DNA of 64,000 bases from Tubulanus polymorphus (GCF_964204645.1 NC_134032.1:3496175-3560174); one strand, 5' to 3'. Shown: positions 38,301 through 49,105, counted from the stretch's first letter. Numbers and translations are program-made. Notes: generated by a model from the sequence alone, not told the origin.

Positions 38301-38887
38301 CTAAGTCCTTAGTCTGAATGAAATGTATGTGGTATTATATGGGTGCTATGGTGCTGTACACCGAACTGTAACTTTTTATTTTCACTACTACCGTAATCGA
38401 CTATGATGTTTTCAAGTGGTCTTAAGTACCGCTAATAGCCGAAAGTCGTTGATTTATGTGAAATTTACATACAGCGCCATCCGTTGGTAGTAAAACTAAC
38501 CCGAGCAGTACGGGTGTTAAATAGATACGCTAGCAAACCGGCATTCTCATAATGGTGAAATACCAACTGCGCACCCCTCGACGGAGAAACCCATCCTCAT
38601 CGGAGCTGCACCGTCGATGTCATACAACTACACTTCGGATACCCCTGAGGACCATACTCTCATCTGGAAAATTTGCGTCTCGAAATGTGCTTCCTTTCTA
38701 TCTAGTCAACACGCGGGATCATCAACTAAGAGAACTTCTACATCATTACCCGAAAAAAATAACTAAAATAAACGATCGGACTATTTACACGTAGAAAACG
38801 ACCAAAAAAATAAAAAAATGGACGAAATGATCTTCAACCTTGTAATAGACGGACGCCGGGCGCCGAAGGCACCCGGAGGATGTCCCT

Positions 38888-39200
38888 GGTTCAAGTCCAG
38901 TATAGCGTGGAATAGTTCCCCGCTCAAAGATACATTTTTAGAAAAGGAGTAATTCGGCTACGTACTTTTCAAGACAAACCGACAAACCGACATACCGACA
39001 AACCGACGAACCGACGAACCGACGAACCGACAAACCGACATACTCGTATTCCCTCGATCCAGCCACGGGTAATCCACGGAAAAACCCTGTCCCTCGATCC
39101 TAGCCACATTATATAAGGGTAATCCACAGAACCACGCAGCCCCTCGATCGCCACATTATATAAGGGTAATCAATAAGGGTAATAATAATATAATAATATA

Positions 39201-39238
<38 letters not shown>

Positions 39239-40001
39239 TAATAATAATAATAATATAAGGGTAATCCACGCAACCACGCAGCCTCTCGATCCCAGCCACT
39301 TTATATAAGGGTAATCCACGCAACCACGCAGCCCCTCGATCCTAGCCACTTTATATGAGGGAAATCGGCGGGTAATCCACGCATAAACCCAGCCCCTCGA
39401 TCCTAGCCGCTTTATATGAGGGTAATCGGCGGGTAATCCACGCATATACCCAGCCCCTCGATCCCAGCCACTTTATATAAGGGTAATTCATGCACCACAC
39501 AGCCCCTCGATCCCAGCCAATTTATACAAGGGTAATCCAGGTACATACCCAGCCCCTCGATCCCAGCCACTTAACATAAGGGTAATCCACGCATACACGC
39601 AGCCCCTCGATCCCAGCCACTTTATATAAGGGTAATCCACGCAAGGATTTGTCGGTTCGTTGGTTTGCCGGTATGTCGGTTTGTCGGTTCGTCGGTATGT
39701 CGGTTTGTCGGTATGTCGGTTTGTCGGTATGTCGGTTCGTCGGTTTGTCGGTATGTCGGTTTGTCGGTATGTTGGTTCGTCGGTTCGTCGGTTGTCGGTT
39801 CGTCGGTTTGTCGGTTCGTCGGTTTGTCGGTTTGTCGGTATGTCGGTTCGTCGGTTTGTCTGTATGTCGGTATGTTCGCACGTCCCTATGGCGTAATGTC
39901 GTAAGATTCAATCAGTCCAATATTGGCGGATTAATTCCAAATACCAGTCCAATGTGATAAGTCCCTGCTGGAACTATTTAATGCTATAATGGACTTGAGC
40001 C
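38888..40001. mobile_element. Merlin-like non-autonomous DNA transposon filled with tandem repeats
   Basis: TIRs ggttcaagtccagtatagc..aatagttcc / ggaactatt..gctataatggacttgagcc; GG...CC ends; perfect 8-bp TSD ATGTCCCT (38880-38887, 40002-40009); internal aagggtaatccacgc..ccctcgatcc units, (AAT)n and inverted ccgac/gtcgg arrays. Confidence 0.82.
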
Positions 40002-41635
40002 ATGTCCCTTTGGTAAACGTGTAGACTAGCTGACAAAGTCAGAAAAAAATGACGTCACTTGACGTCCGGTTTGAAGAGCTCAGACCACTATTCCAAAATC
40101 TTCTATATCCTATAGTAAAAACAAGAAATTCAAGAGTTTAGTTCATATATAAGCGCGTAAATTCAGGGGAAATCCTGCTTATGGCTCATAGGCCAGCATC
40201 TTAGCTACGCATTGAAGTGGTTTTCGCCCCACATACCCAACCTAACTTTTGAAATAATCAAACCTTTAGAAAGGAGGGGTATCCCGGTACAGGTATGCCA
40301 GTACATCCGAGCCAAATATCTAAGGGAATCCCCCACCGTGTTTGGTACCCTTACTCCAAGCAAAAAAAGTCCAGGGAATCCCTTATTTCATCATCAATCT
40401 GTCTCTCAGGATCAATGGATTTCATACATATAACCGAAATTCGTTACCTATTCCATTTGCAGAAATTATGGCAACATTTATGGGGGACCTCTTCTTCACT
40501 CTATGTACTATTTTTGGGGTCCGGCCCTACGCATTTTCGAGCTACTAACCTACTAGTAATTGTGGTCTGATGCCTGAAGTTCATGGGGAAATCGGAAGTA
40601 GAATTACGTCACGCTAAAATCCGGCAGCCCATTAACTAAATAAAATAAGCCAATTTATGGATCGGGTTATTTCAGAATTTATTTATTTCATGAAATTTCG
40701 AACAAGATTGGGTCGATGAATAGTTTAGGCCTAACAATGAACCGCGTTGATCGAACGAGTTCGAAAATAGCTGAAATCCCCTTAGCAACGGGAGTGAATT
40801 CATAATAAACAAACCACGCGCCGGCCGCGGCCCGGTGCCACGCGGTTCGGCGCGCAGGTTCGAATTCCGGAGAATTACGCTCTCGCGCGCGCAGCTGTCA
40901 TTCCCAGCGGCAGCACTGAAATACACTTTTTTAATCAAAAGTAACGACCCTAAAAACTGCGGTGAGAGTCGCGTTAGAGTCTTAAAATTTCTCGGCCAGC
41001 GTGGCGGCGGATCGGCACGGACGGCGTAGTCTCGCTCTCGAGCAGCAGCAACATCGCGGTCGGCAAAAACATTAGTCTCCGCCCCTTCTTCACCAAATAA
41101 GGAATTCGGAATCGCTGGCCACGTGCACTGCTTATTTTGAACCGTATTCCCGGCGGATTAGAAAGAAATGTATATTTTTCGCAAGAGAAATCAATTTTTG
41201 TACAGACATTCGCATTTCCTGCTAATTCGAGTTTTTTCTAGCAGAAAATAATTTTCCGATTTGTGCGTTTCAAACGCGTATTCGATTTTTTTTCTTTTTG
41301 AAGGTAATTAAGAAATGCGTTGTAATCTTCTCATCTTCCTTTTATTTCTAAATGGAGCTAATTTCTAAATTAACTACCAGGTCAAAATTCTTCAATATTG
41401 CAAAAACCCCTCTCAGTTTCCACCATAGAAATGTCATTGGTTACATTATGGTTTCACAAGGAGTTTTAAACCATTAAAAAATGACACTTTATCTAAACCG
41501 AAAGAATAATCTTTTTAGCAGACAGTGGTACCGAGACCTGATTTATAAGAAATTTTTCAAGTTTTTTTTCTCGCAAAAATTAAAATATTAAATTTCATTT
41601 GATCTTATAATATAAGATTAAAGAATTATGAGGTT

Positions 41636-41695
41636 TCATTCATTTCTGAAATTTGGGCTTATAATTTATCAAGCCCAAATTTCAGAAATGAATCA
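41636..41695. repeat. Short AT-rich hairpin
   Basis: attcatttctgaaatttgggctt-ataatttatc-aagcccaaatttcagaaatgaat. Confidence 0.8.
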
Positions 41696-43218
41696 AAACT
41701 TACAGTTACAGAGTTACAGTTTCATCTTCTTTCTTCCCACCCCTTAACTCGAGCATTAATTTTAAATTTTCCAAGTTTTGACTAAGAATTGATTTAATTT
41801 CTTCATTAATTCATTGCTTTGGGTTCAACTACAGTACAATTTCAATATGAAATATTGGAGTTGATTCTCTTTCCAGTTTCATTAACAACATTTAAGTGTG
41901 CTCCTTGTCACTGACAATATTTTGAGTGTTTTCGACTTCGTTACCCCGTACTTGAGGTTGTTTTCCCCCATCGCTATCATTTCTTACTATGAAAAATTGA
42001 ATCAAGCTGTGACGAGGCGTCCGTCACTTAGATTTCATCTATTACATATTATCATATTATGTAGTACAGCTTATTTTTTGCGACAGCGCCACGGCGCTGG
42101 AGCATATTAACCATCTGGTGTCTTCCAATACCACCACCTAGTGGGCTCAAATTCAAGTTCAAATATACTTTATTGATACTCATCAAATATACTTAATTGT
42201 TACTTTATTCAATACTTTATTGTTCCCAGTACTGCAAATACATCAGATTTCTGCAATTAAGTAGAAAGAACACAAATAAAATTAAGAATCTTTTAGTATT
42301 CAGAAAACAACGTACAAGTTATTTTTCAATTTTAATTAGCAATGAGATATTTTTTTTGCGACGCTCACGCATTCCCTTTCTGGAAGGCAGATCGGCTATT
42401 CCCTGAAAAATTAATCGCTGAATCGACGTCCCGCTAATGATGAAAACTATCTTTAGATCCCCTGATTTCAAAATTCAAAAATATAGATTTATATGAACCT
42501 TAGGTCTACCTTGTAATTAACAAATTATTCGAAAGCAAAGATCTTGCATTCGAGTTAATTCATTTTAAGCAGTTTCTTTATTTCAAGCCCCGGATTGATT
42601 GTCTAAATCTCTTTGCTCTTCTCATGACTTGTATTCAATTAAATTTTCTATTCTCATTCTACAATTTGTACGTGAATACTATCAACGGTAGCATTTCTTT
42701 CTTTTCATTTTGTTTTTCATAATGATTTTGTAATATTTAAATCTTCATTTTATCGTGACGGGTGTTTCCGCTTTTAAACTGTTAGTTTATTACTTCCGAT
42801 TTTTTAATCTTCATTAATTTATTCATTCTTTATTACTTCTCTCTCCAAAATCGGAATAATTGTATCCTTAGACGCTTTTGATCTTGATTTTTAATGACTT
42901 TGCAAAACCACCTGTTGCAGTATATTTCCTTTTAGAAATATACCTTGTCTCCCTCTCTTATGCTGCAACCACCATGACACGTAGACACAAATATATCTGT
43001 TGATAATAATATCAAGACAGCGTTTCTTGTGTTCATCATAACCTAGAGGAAACCATCACATAATCCATATATCTAACGTACGTACATACACACCGCAGTG
43101 CATGGCATTCACGTATAACCGCGCGTTGCACTACTGCGCTCTCCTAGCGCGTACTATAAATACTGTCATACGCTGTCTGTTCGTTTAAGACGTTTTTAAT
43201 TGAAATAAGCTTTATTAG

Positions 43219-43487
43219 GAGTAATAGGGATAATGGGCTTTCAGGCCAAAGGTCGAACGGTCGAGCTCGTAAAAAATGAAAAACATAAAAATAATAACAA
43301 TTTCTACTTGAATTACTCGCGAAACTCATAAAAATGAAAAATAAATTCTCACACGCTCGAATTTATTTTTCATTTTCATGAGTTTCACTCCTAATTCAAG
43401 TAGAAATTGTTATTATTTTTATGTTTTTCATTTTTACTCACCCGCCCGTTCAACCTTTAGCTTGAAAGCCCATTATCCCTATTACTC
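43219..43487. repeat. 269-bp imperfect terminal hairpin
   Basis: gagtaatagggataatgggctttcagg...ataaattc [tcacacgctc] gaatttat...gaaagcccattatccctattactc. Confidence 0.93.
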
Positions 43488-43568
43488 TTAAAATATTCAT
43501 ATATATATGAATAACATTTAAATCATTGAACTTCTAAAATCAATTTTAATAAAAAATATAGTATTAAA

Positions 43569-46500
43569 ATGGAAGCAAATAAGTACTACTGCCCAACATG
43601 TAATATCGATATAGACAAATCTCAAAAAGCAAGACACAATAAAACTATAACACATTTAGAGAATAAATTGAAACTAGAATATAAGGATGATATATTAGAA
43701 ACTAAATTAGAAGAATTAAAGAATGAAAAGGAAACATATAAATGTGATACATGTAATCAATCATTCAGTGATAAAAGATATTATAAAGAACATTTAAAAT
43801 CTATAAGTCATATTAGAAATAAGAATAATGATATTTTAGGTGAAGATTATTTTGATAATGATAACGATAAGAAACAGAAGACAATTAAAAGAATAAAAAA
43901 TAAATTAAACAATAAAAGACCATATATGGAAGATGTAAGAAATTATATTAATTCATTAGATAATAAAAAAGATATAGAGATAACCGAAGCATTTAAAAGT
44001 GATATTGGTCCAGCAGCTATCGAGTTTAAATTTCATAAAGGAAAAACATTAGAAGAAAATAAAAAATATTTAGAAAATATGAAAGAAATAATAAAAATAA
44101 TAACTGATGTTGAATATCCTAAAATTAGTATATCAGTTAAAGTAAAGTTTATAAAATCTGAAGATAAACCAATATATAATATAAATTCTCATTCACAACA
44201 TATTATATCTAAACAACATATAGATGATAAATTAAATAAATGTTATAATGAAATAAAAACTAAAATAGAAGAGAAATATTTTGAAGGATCTGGTTTAATA
44301 TTTGATGAGATAATATTTATAACTTTACATGTTTATAACACAAAATATAATAAGTTAACTAAATCAAAACCAATTGATGAAAATAATTTATCATATTATA
44401 AAGATGATAGTATAAATGGAACAAGTTATATTAAACTACCATTTAAAACTAATGGTGTAATAAATATACAAAATTTTGATAACAAATATTTTATATGGGC
44501 TATAATAAGTTGTTTACATCCAGTTGAAGATTATAATAAACATACTTATAGATTAACTCATTATAAACAATTTGAAAATAATTATAAGATAGATAAGTAT
44601 CCTGTTAGAATTAAAAACATTCCCAAAATAGAAAGAGATAATAATTTAAAGATAAATATATTTGATTTAATTAAATTACCAAATACAAAAGGAAATAATA
44701 TTAAACATTATACATTAGAACCTTTATATCTATCAAAAGATTATGATTCAAATGATGTTATAGATATACTATATTATGAGAATCATTATATGTGGATTAA
44801 ACAAATAGATTTATTTTTCAAATCAGAAAATGATCACCATAAAATATATCTATGTAGAAAATGTTTACATAGATTCAGTAATGAAAGTACATTATTAAAT
44901 CATAAACGACTATGTGATAATCATGATTATTGTAAATTAGTTTTACCAAATGAAAAAGATAAAATATTAGAATTCAAAAAATATGATTACAAAAATAAAG
45001 TACCATTTGTAATATATGGAGATTTTGAATCATTAAATAAAGAACTAACTGATCAAGATAGAAAAGAAATATATTATAAAAGAAAGAAATTAAATTCTAA
45101 TGAAAATGATTTTTCAGATGAACCACCAATAACAAATACTATTAAAAAGATTCATCAATCAGCTGCTGCTTTCGGGTTATATATAAAATCTGATTATCCA
45201 GAACTAATTGAAAGTGAATATTATCATTATAGAAATGAAAATGTTATCAATCATTTTTGTGACTTATTAATTGAATATGAAATAAGATTTAGTAAATTAT
45301 TGAATACAAATAAAGAAATAATTATGACAGAAGAAGATAAAGAAGCATTTGAGTTTGCAGATAAATGTTATTATTGTGAAAAGATATTTAATTATAAAGA
45401 TAAAAAAGTAAGAGACCATGATCATTTGAATGGAAAGTTTAGAGGCGCTGCACATGAGAATTGTAATTTGCAAGCCAAAAAAGTAAATTTTGTCCCCATT
45501 ATATTTCACAATTTATCGAGGTATGACGCGCATTTATTCATTAAGCAACTGTGTCATAAAATAGAAGAAATTAATAATGAAATAGAAATATTAAATTCAA
45601 ATAAATCAAAAGATAAAATACCAACTTATAAATTTAGAATGTTAGCTAAAACATCTGAGAATTATATATCATTCCAATTTGGTTGTCTAAGATTTATAGA
45701 TTCTTATAGATTTCTAGCAAGTTCATTAGATAATTTATCAAAATCATTAGTTGATGATGAATTAAAGATATTAAAAGAATATTACCCAAATTATGATGAT
45801 TTTAAATTAATGAGATATAAAGGTGCAATTCCATATTCTTTCTATAAAAATCATAATGATTTTAAAATAACTGAATTATTGAAAGAACAATTCTATGATG
45901 AATTAAAAAATGAATATGTTAAAGATGAAGTTTATAATAGAACATTGAATATTTGGAATCATTTCAAAATAGAAAATCATGGACAATTAGTAGATTTATA
46001 TTTAAAATCAGATGTATTATTATTAACCGATATATTCGAAAGGTTTAGAGATGTAAACCTAAAATATTTTAATATTGATCCTTGTCATTGTTATTCATCA
46101 CCAGGATTAACATGGGATTGTGGATTAAAATTTACAAATATAAAAATGGATTTGTTAACAAATATAGATCAATTACTATTATTTGAAAAATCTATAAGAG
46201 GAGGAGTTTCAGGTGTATTGGGTGATAGATATTTCAATATAAATGATAATCCTGGATATAAATTATTATACATAGATGCAAATAATCTTTATGGTTGGGC
46301 AATGATGGAACCACAACCTTATGGGATGTTTGAAATAACTGAAGTTTTACAAATTGATAAATTTGATTGGAAGAAAAGAATCCTAGATATTGCAGATGAT
46401 TCAGATACTGGTTACTTCTTTGTTGTAGATTTAGAATACCCTGAAAATATCAAATTCAAATCTAGAAATCTAGCATATTGTCCCGAACATAAAACTGTTA

Positions 46501-47600
46501 AACATGAAGAATTATCAAATTATCAAAAAAGAATTAAACTTGATAATCATATTCATACTGAAAAGTTAATGGTAACTCAAGAAGATAAATATAATTATGT
46601 AGTACATTATAGAATGTTGAAGTTTTATTTGAATCAAGGAATGATATTTAAAAAAGTACATAGATATATTTCATTTAATCAATCTAAGTGGTTAGAAAAA
46701 TATATAGATTTTAATACTACACAGAGAACTGAAGCTAAAACTGATTTTGAGAAGGATTACTTTAAACTAATGAACAATGCGTTCTATGGAAAAACATGTG
46801 AAAATATTAGAAATAGAAATGATATTGAGTTAGTTAGTAATGGTAAAAGAATTAGACATTTGCAATCGTATCCGAAATTCAAAGGTAATAGAATATTCGA
46901 TGAAAATTTAGCTGCAGTTAAATTAAAAAGAACTTCTATGAAGTTCAATAAACCTATTTATGTTGGAGCTGCAGTTTTAGAAATTTCAAAGCTATTGATG
47001 TATGAATTCTATTATAATGTATTGCAACCCCATTTTGGGGAAAAACATATAGAAATTCTATACTTTGATACAGATTCTTACATATTAAAGATAAAAAGTG
47101 ATAATATAAAAGATGATTTAAAAATATTAAATCATCATTTTGATTTCAGTAACTATCCAAAAAATCATGAATTGTTTAGCAATGATAATAAAAAAGTTCC
47201 TGGGAAGTTTAAGGATGAATTAGGTGGTGAAGAAATGATAGAGTTCATAGGTATTAGATCTAAAATGTATTCATATAAAACTAAAGAACATGAAGCTAAA
47301 AAGTTAAAAGGAATAACCAAAAGTGTAGTAGAAAAGAATATTCATTTCAAAGATTACATCAATTGTATATTTAATGAAGAAGTTAGAAAACATAAGATGA
47401 AATGTTTAAGATCTGAAGATCATGAAATGTATATTGAAGAGATAGAGAAGATAAGTCTAAACCCATTTGATGATAAAAGATATATTTTAGATGATGGAAT
47501 CCACACAGTCGCCTATGGTTGCAATTTAGATGAATATATAAAATTCAAAAGAGAAGAAACAAAAGAAAATGAGATTATGAAAAGGATTCTAACGTGTTAA
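43569..47600 (+). CDS. polB: Protein-primed family B DNA polymerase with N-terminal C2H2 zinc fingers, terminal-protein/vOTU-like region and EndoVII-like insertion
   Basis: ExoI YGDFES, ExoII FHNLSRYD, ExoIII YLKSDV; polymerase motifs YIDANNLYG, KLMNNAFYGK, YFDTDS; CYYC..VRDHDH..G.FRGAAH..CN; EGSG motif. Confidence 0.97.
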   Translation: MEANKYYCPTCNIDIDKSQKARHNKTITHLENKLKLEYKDDILETKLEELKNEKETYKCDTCNQSFSDKRYYKEHLKSISHIRNKNNDILGEDYFDNDNDKKQKTIKRIKNKLNNKRPYMEDVRNYINSLDNKKDIEITEAFKSDIGPAAIEFKFHKGKTLEENKKYLENMKEIIKIITDVEYPKISISVKVKFIKSEDKPIYNINSHSQHIISKQHIDDKLNKCYNEIKTKIEEKYFEGSGLIFDEIIFITLHVYNTKYNKLTKSKPIDENNLSYYKDDSINGTSYIKLPFKTNGVINIQNFDNKYFIWAIISCLHPVEDYNKHTYRLTHYKQFENNYKIDKYPVRIKNIPKIERDNNLKINIFDLIKLPNTKGNNIKHYTLEPLYLSKDYDSNDVIDILYYENHYMWIKQIDLFFKSENDHHKIYLCRKCLHRFSNESTLLNHKRLCDNHDYCKLVLPNEKDKILEFKKYDYKNKVPFVIYGDFESLNKELTDQDRKEIYYKRKKLNSNENDFSDEPPITNTIKKIHQSAAAFGLYIKSDYPELIESEYYHYRNENVINHFCDLLIEYEIRFSKLLNTNKEIIMTEEDKEAFEFADKCYYCEKIFNYKDKKVRDHDHLNGKFRGAAHENCNLQAKKVNFVPIIFHNLSRYDAHLFIKQLCHKIEEINNEIEILNSNKSKDKIPTYKFRMLAKTSENYISFQFGCLRFIDSYRFLASSLDNLSKSLVDDELKILKEYYPNYDDFKLMRYKGAIPYSFYKNHNDFKITELLKEQFYDELKNEYVKDEVYNRTLNIWNHFKIENHGQLVDLYLKSDVLLLTDIFERFRDVNLKYFNIDPCHCYSSPGLTWDCGLKFTNIKMDLLTNIDQLLLFEKSIRGGVSGVLGDRYFNINDNPGYKLLYIDANNLYGWAMMEPQPYGMFEITEVLQIDKFDWKKRILDIADDSDTGYFFVVDLEYPENIKFKSRNLAYCPEHKTVKHEELSNYQKRIKLDNHIHTEKLMVTQEDKYNYVVHYRMLKFYLNQGMIFKKVHRYISFNQSKWLEKYIDFNTTQRTEAKTDFEKDYFKLMNNAFYGKTCENIRNRNDIELVSNGKRIRHLQSYPKFKGNRIFDENLAAVKLKRTSMKFNKPIYVGAAVLEISKLLMYEFYYNVLQPHFGEKHIEILYFDTDSYILKIKSDNIKDDLKILNHHFDFSNYPKNHELFSNDNKKVPGKFKDELGGEEMIEFIGIRSKMYSYKTKEHEAKKLKGITKSVVEKNIHFKDYINCIFNEEVRKHKMKCLRSEDHEMYIEEIEKISLNPFDDKRYILDDGIHTVAYGCNLDEYIKFKREETKENEIMKRILTC

Positions 47601-47628
47601 TCAATTTCAATAAAAATTTGTATAATAA

Positions 47629-47970
47629 ATGGAGAGTAAACAAGTACACAGTGAATTCTTAGATAGAATTAAAGATACTTCAAGCGTCAAATCTGTAGAT
47701 TATAAATTCAAAAAGTTAACAGAATTAACAATTCACAAGAAATATTTAATTACTAACATTGAAACAATTACTAATAGATATGGAGATAAATTAGTAATTC
47801 ATTTAGAATATGAAGGATTAAAAGGAAATAAATATAAATTCAGAACTTATTTACCAGATAGATTTCATAGATTATCAAGTGAAGATCTAGAAGAATTATG
47901 TTCTGGAGATTTCTATTTCGTATACAAAGGTAAGAATGAAAAAGGGCACCATGAAATAGATTTCGAATAA
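47629..47970 (+). CDS. Polinton hypothetical protein, 113 aa
   Basis: Intact ORF in the gene block with a TAAATG start. Confidence 0.7.
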   Translation: MESKQVHSEFLDRIKDTSSVKSVDYKFKKLTELTIHKKYLITNIETITNRYGDKLVIHLEYEGLKGNKYKFRTYLPDRFHRLSSEDLEELCSGDFYFVYKGKNEKGHHEIDFE

Positions 47971-47987
47971 GAAAATATGTAAAATAA

Positions 47988-48746
47988 ATGGCGGAATTAA
48001 AAGAATATAGAATATTTGTTGATTCTAGAAAACTTACAAATTATAAATCTCATAATTTATTAGTACAATTAGATAGAGAATTCAAGAATTGTGTTGATTT
48101 AAAATTAGTAAATATAAGTTTATGTAATTCTTTTTATAATATATCGAATAAAACTATTGAACATAATACTTTTTTAATTCATATTAGAAATATAAATAAA
48201 TGGTTTCATCTATTTCTAAGACCAGGATTATATAATTTAGAAACATTATCTCAAGAAATTAATCGTAGAGCACGGTTGAAAATTAGAAAAGATGATAAAT
48301 TTTTAATAAGATTTATAAAAAGTGATAGCTCAAATAGAATTAAAATAAAGGTATTTGATGAAAGTCAACATGCATTTATGGTAAAAAAACCTATAGCTAA
48401 ATTGCTAGGAATTGAACCAGATGTTGTTACAGTAAACGTAGAAGGTATTTCAAATATAATACCTTTTACACATTTTTATATTTATTGCAATTTAATTGAC
48501 CCAACAAAAACATTCGAAGCAACTAAAGATACAACATGTAATTCTAGTATATTAAATATTTTACCATTAAAAAATGTTAAAGAATTTGGAACGCAAATAA
48601 ATTATAATTTAACAGAATGTGATTTCAAACCTTGTATTCCTAAATTTAATAATTTTAGATTAGAAATTAGAAATCATAATGGATACTTAATTGATTTAAA
48701 TAATTTCCCTGTAATTTATGAATTAGTTATAAGATGTAGAGAGTAA
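47988..48746 (+). CDS. Putative minor capsid (penton) protein
   Basis: Size and pattern typical of Polinton/PLV pentons: IFVDSR at the N-terminus, L..ISL.NSFYNI, GLYNLETL, FYIYCNLI, C-terminal FRLEIRN.NG.LIDLN...V.YELVI. Confidence 0.68.
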   Translation: MAELKEYRIFVDSRKLTNYKSHNLLVQLDREFKNCVDLKLVNISLCNSFYNISNKTIEHNTFLIHIRNINKWFHLFLRPGLYNLETLSQEINRRARLKIRKDDKFLIRFIKSDSSNRIKIKVFDESQHAFMVKKPIAKLLGIEPDVVTVNVEGISNIIPFTHFYIYCNLIDPTKTFEATKDTTCNSSILNILPLKNVKEFGTQINYNLTECDFKPCIPKFNNFRLEIRNHNGYLIDLNNFPVIYELVIRCRE

Positions 48747-48763
48747 TTTTTTTCACTATATAA

Positions 48764-49105
48764 ATGAATATAACTGTTGGACCGAGTATATGTTTTGGGT
48801 TTGATTTTAAACATGGTAAAGAAATGAGAATTAAACTAAATGATGTAATTACTGATATAAAAAGTAAATCATTTAACAATGCATCAATGATTGATAAAGA
48901 AAAGTATAATATAGAAAAAGTAATTGATTTAATTAAATCACCTTTAGAATATTATGAATTAAATGAAGATGGAATTATTGAAGATATCAAAAACATATTA
49001 TCCAAAATATATGATAATCATAAAAGTAGTAATGAAATAAATGTTGAATTAATCATAAATAAGTTAACTAAATATTTTGATGATAGTAATTTTTTTGATA
49101 AATAA
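48764..49105 (+). CDS. Polinton hypothetical protein, 113 aa
   Basis: Intact ORF with T7-N7-TAAATG start. Confidence 0.7.
   Translation: MNITVGPSICFGFDFKHGKEMRIKLNDVITDIKSKSFNNASMIDKEKYNIEKVIDLIKSPLEYYELNEDGIIEDIKNILSKIYDNHKSSNEINVELIINKLTKYFDDSNFFDK

Larger units (their letters stand above)
31622..38554. mobile_element. Foldback-type element: ~2.7-kb inverted arms (31622-34304, 35836-38554) around a ~1.5-kb spacer
   Basis: Arms are near-identical reverse complements (mirror ORFs 32645-32827 minus and 37298-37480 plus); termini CATTATGAGAATG / CATTCTCATAATG; degenerate ~120-bp subterminal repeats; no transposase ORF seen. Confidence 0.92.

Noticed and set aside
38969-39957. Cluster of repetitive ORFs (VGLSVCRF, poly-Y)
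   Set aside because: Products of tandem repeats inside the Merlin-like element.
42400-43218. Possible leftward extension of the Polinton
   Set aside because: No similarity to the flank of the second copy or to sequence beyond 60774, and no intact ORF; the boundary was placed at the hairpin.
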